DNA of 63,764 nt, counting the filler, from Chiloscyllium plagiosum (Eukaryota): assembly GCF_004010195.1 (NCBI RefSeq). It is 6 parts of one record of this genome, joined end to end, with 100 filler letters (N's around TTAATTAATTAA, not from the genome) between each part and the next. Parts side by side here need not be neighbours in the genome. Positions count along the whole stretch, not along the records: positions 59,263 to 63,764 come from NC_057716.1; 5 more parts are not named here. The stretch is one strand, 5' to 3'. Every line of letters starts with the position of its first letter. The first letter of the stretch is position 1. This document shows positions 60,553 to 63,764 of the stretch, piece by piece. A program made the position numbers and the translations under genes. Under the pieces are notes generated by a model. It had not been told where the DNA came from, ran no database searches, and saw only the letters and a list, made by a program, of their open reading frames with translations.

Positions 60553-62147
60553 CATAGAACATAGAAAAGTACAGCACAGAACAAGCCCTTTGGCCATGAT
60601 GTTGTGCCAAGACTTAATCCTAATGTAAAATATAGTAACTTAATCTACGCCCCCCTCAACTCACTGCTATCCTTGTGCATGTCCAGCAGTTGCTTAAATG
60701 TCCCCAATGACTCCGCTACCACCACCACAGTTGGCAACTCATTCTATGCATTCACAACTCTCTGCGTAAAGAACCTACCTCTGACGTCTCCTTTATACCT
60801 TCCTCCTAATATCTTAAAATTAGGACCCCTCGTGCCAGTCAATCCTGCCCTGGGGATATGTCTCTGGCTATTGACTCTATCTCTTCCTCTTATTATCCTG
60901 CACACCTTGATCAGGTCTCCTCTCTTCCTCCTCCTCTCCAGAGAGAAAGCCCAAGCTTATTCAACCTTTCTTCATAAGGCAAGCCCTCCAGTCCAGGCAG
61001 CATCCTGGTAAACCTTCTTTGCATTCTCTCTAAAGCCTCTATACCTTTCCTGTAATCAGGCGACCAGAACTGTACACAATATTCCAAGTGTGGTCTCACC
61101 AGGGACTTGTACAGCAGCTGCAAAACCTCACGGCTCTTAAACTCTATCACCCTGTTGATGAAAGCCAAAACACCAAATGCTTTCTTAACAACCCTATCCA
61201 CTTGGGTGGCAACTTTGAGGGATCTATGTACTTGCACACCCAGATCCCTCTGTTCCTCCACACTACCAAGAATCCTGTCTTTAATCCTATATTCAGCATT
61301 CAAGTTCGACCTTCCAAAATGCATCACTTCGCATTTATCCAGGTTGAACTCCATCTGCCATTTCTCAGCCCAGCTCTGCATCCTGTCTATGTCGCGCTGC
61401 AGCCTGCAGTAGCCCTTTATACTGTCGATGACACCTCCAACCTCTGTATCATCAACAAATTTACTAACCCACCCGTCAACCTTCTCATCCAAGTCATTTA
61501 TAAAAACTACAAAGAGCAGAGGCCCAAAAACAGAGCCCTGTGGGACACTACTCACCACTGACCTCCAGGCAGGATACTTTCCATCTATAACCACTCTCTG
61601 CCTAGTGTCAGCCAACCAATTTCGAATCCAGACAGGCAAATCTCCCTGCATCCCATACCTGCTGACTTTATGAATGAGCCTACCATGAGGAACCTTATCA
61701 AATACTTTGCTGAATTCCAGAAACACCACATCCACTGCTTGACCTTTGCTGACCTGTCTTGTCACCTCCTCAAAGAACTCAGTAAGATTTGTGAGGCATG
61801 ACCTGCCCTTCACAAAGCCATGCTGACTGCCTGTAATCATACTATGCTTTGCCAAATAGTCATAATTCCTATCTCTCAGGATTCTTTCCAAATCCTTGCT
61901 GATCACAGACATAAGACTGACTGGTCTGTAATTGCAGGGATTTCCCTATTGCCTTTCTTGAAAAGAGGAACAACATTCACCTCTTTCCAATCCTCCGGTA
62001 TGACTCTCGTGGAGAGTGAGGAGGCAAAGATCTTCGCCAGTGGCTTAGCAACCTCCTTTCTCACTTCCTGGAGCAGCCTGGGATAAATCTGGTCTGGCCC
62101 TGGGGACTTAGCAATCTTAATGTTTGCGAAATTTTCCAACACATCAA
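60553..62147 (-). mobile_element. CR1 LINE RT and 3' end
   Basis: 333-aa ORF at 60911-61912 with QHGF, PQGS and FVDD motifs; atagaac tail. Confidence 0.93.
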
Positions 62148-62402
62148 NNNNNNNNNNNNNNNNNNNNNNNNNNNNNNNNNNNNNNNNNNNNNNNNNNNNN
62201 NNNNNNNNNNNNNNNNNNNNNNNNNNNNNNNNNNNNNNNNNNNNNNNNNNNNNNNNNNNNNNNNNNNNNNNNNNNNNNNNNNNNNNNNNNNNNNNNNNNN
62301 NNNNNNNNNNNNNNNNNNNNNNNNNNNNNNNNNNNNNNNNNNNNNNNNNNNNNNNNNNNNNNNNNNNNNNNNNNNNNNNNNNNNNNNNNNNNNNNNNNNN
62401 NN

Positions 62403-62626
62403 AAGTCTGCTTGCCTAACGAAGAACAGGGGGCCCATGCAGTCATTTGGGCTCTGCTGACGCCTCAGCTATTTGTATGGGCATATGATTGAAAAATGTAG
62501 ACCTGTATATAAAAATGATAAATTCTGATCTCTGTATGTACATGTTTACATATGTATGGCATGACCAACTGTACAGACCATCAAATTATTTTATGAATAA
62601 AGTATATTTTTGAAATATAAAAATAA
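62403..62626 (+). mobile_element. Possible L1/Tx1-type LINE 3' end
   Basis: AT-rich UTR ending ATGAATAAAGTATATTTTTGAAATATAAAAATAA (polyA signal plus A-rich tail) next to a gap; could instead be a host gene 3' end. Confidence 0.4.
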
Positions 62627-62764
62627 GTCCCAGAGTCCCTCTGTTCAGGCTGTGCAATTGCGTTCATTCAGGTGGTGTTCCCCAAGCTCAGTCAGACTGG
62701 CCAGGGGGTCCACTGCTATCAGAATACCCTGTAACTCAGATTCTCCACTTGCTGCATTTTCCAT

Positions 62765-63764
62765 CAGACATAGGAGCAGAAATTAGGCCATTCGGCCCTT
62801 TGAGGCTGCTCTGCCATTCAATCATAGCTGATAAATTTCTTGATCCCCTCGACAATCAAGAACCTATCTAACCATCTTAAATAAACTCAATGACCTGGCC
62901 TCCATAACCTTCTGTGGCAATGAGTTCTATCGATTCCCCACCCTCTGGCTGAAGACATTTCCCCTTATCTCCGTTCTAAAGAGTCTTCCCTTTACTCTTC
63001 AGGTCCTAGTCCCTCCTACCAGTGGAAACATCTTCCCAATGTCCACTCTGTCCAGGCCATTCCATATTCTGTAAGTTTCAATTTGATCCACTCTTATCCT
63101 CTTGAACCAGAGGGGTTCAAATGCTGGAGGAAACATCACGGAAGCGCTTCACAGGAGGCTCCCAAGCACTGAGGATGTCACCTAGACAGGGGACGAAACG
63201 TCTGCAACACAAATTCCCAGCTTGGCCAACAGAACCACAACAACGAGCACCTGAGCTACAAATCTTCTCACAAACTTGGGGTACTAATATCCTGGGTGGG
63301 AAATTTGCTGCTGCTATTCGGGTAGGATTAAACCAGCTCAGCAGGGGGATGGGAACTGGAGGTGTAGTTGCAGTGCACAGGAGGATGAGAGTAGGAAGGA
63401 CAGGGACAAGATTTCAGGGTCACAGGCAGACAGCAAACTGGTTTGAAGTGTGTCTACTTCAACACCAGAAGTATCCGAAATAAGGTAGGTGAGCTTGCAG
63501 CCTGGATAGGTACCTGGGACTGCGATGTTGTGGCCATTTCAGAGACATGGATAGAGCAGGGTCAGGAATGGATGTTGCAGGTTCCAGGGTTTAGATCTTT
63601 CATTAAGAACAGGCAAGGTGGTAAAAGAGGGGGAGGTGTGGCCTTGTTAGTCAAGGATAGTATAACGGTGGCTGAGAGAAATTTTGATGAGGACTTGTCT
63701 ACTGAGGTAGTGTGGGCTGAGGTTAGAAACTGGAGAGGAGAGGTCACACTGCTTGGAGTCTTTT
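62765..63764. mobile_element. CR1 tail (-) followed by CR1 ORF1 end/endonuclease start (+)
   Basis: GTNILGGKFA (ORF1); DVVAISETW and GGGVALLV (endonuclease). Confidence 0.85.
63166..63205 (+). ncRNA. Minimal type-I hammerhead ribozyme motif (Penelope-associated)
   Basis: GCA-CTGAGGA-T-GTCACCT(AGAC)AGGGGAC-GAAAC-GTC-TGC; lies in a ~160-bp insert (63117-63277) flanked by GGGGT on both sides, within CR1 ORF1. Confidence 0.68.

Overview
Repeat-dense vertebrate genomic DNA, very probably from a shark. This is inferred from the HE1/V-SINE-type tRNA SINEs, the abundant CR1 (HER1-like) LINEs and the Penelope remnants. The window is six pieces joined by identical artificial 100-bp linkers (44 N + TTAATTAATTAA + 44 N), and it has five further N gaps. 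Two host genes are recognisable, arranged tail-to-tail: the last four coding exons of the acid-sensing ion channel ASIC4 (+ strand, 1249-6663) and the large terminal exon of chondroitin polymerizing factor CHPF (- strand, 27039-28301). The rest is CR1, Rex1/Babar, Penelope, Gypsy and Tx1-like retroelement debris, SINEs, one degenerate tRNA-Leu(TAG), and many mini/microsatellites that generate most of the long spurious ORFs. The most notable observations are: about nine minimal hammerhead-ribozyme motifs in Penelope-derived elements (three with covarying stem I, one just downstream of the tRNA); a Gln-to-His change in the ASIC4 TM2 pore motif; a 505-bp near-perfect inverted duplication; and minisatellites that appear to derive from transposon sequence. 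Repeat boundaries are approximate, and family names come from motif recognition, not database searches.
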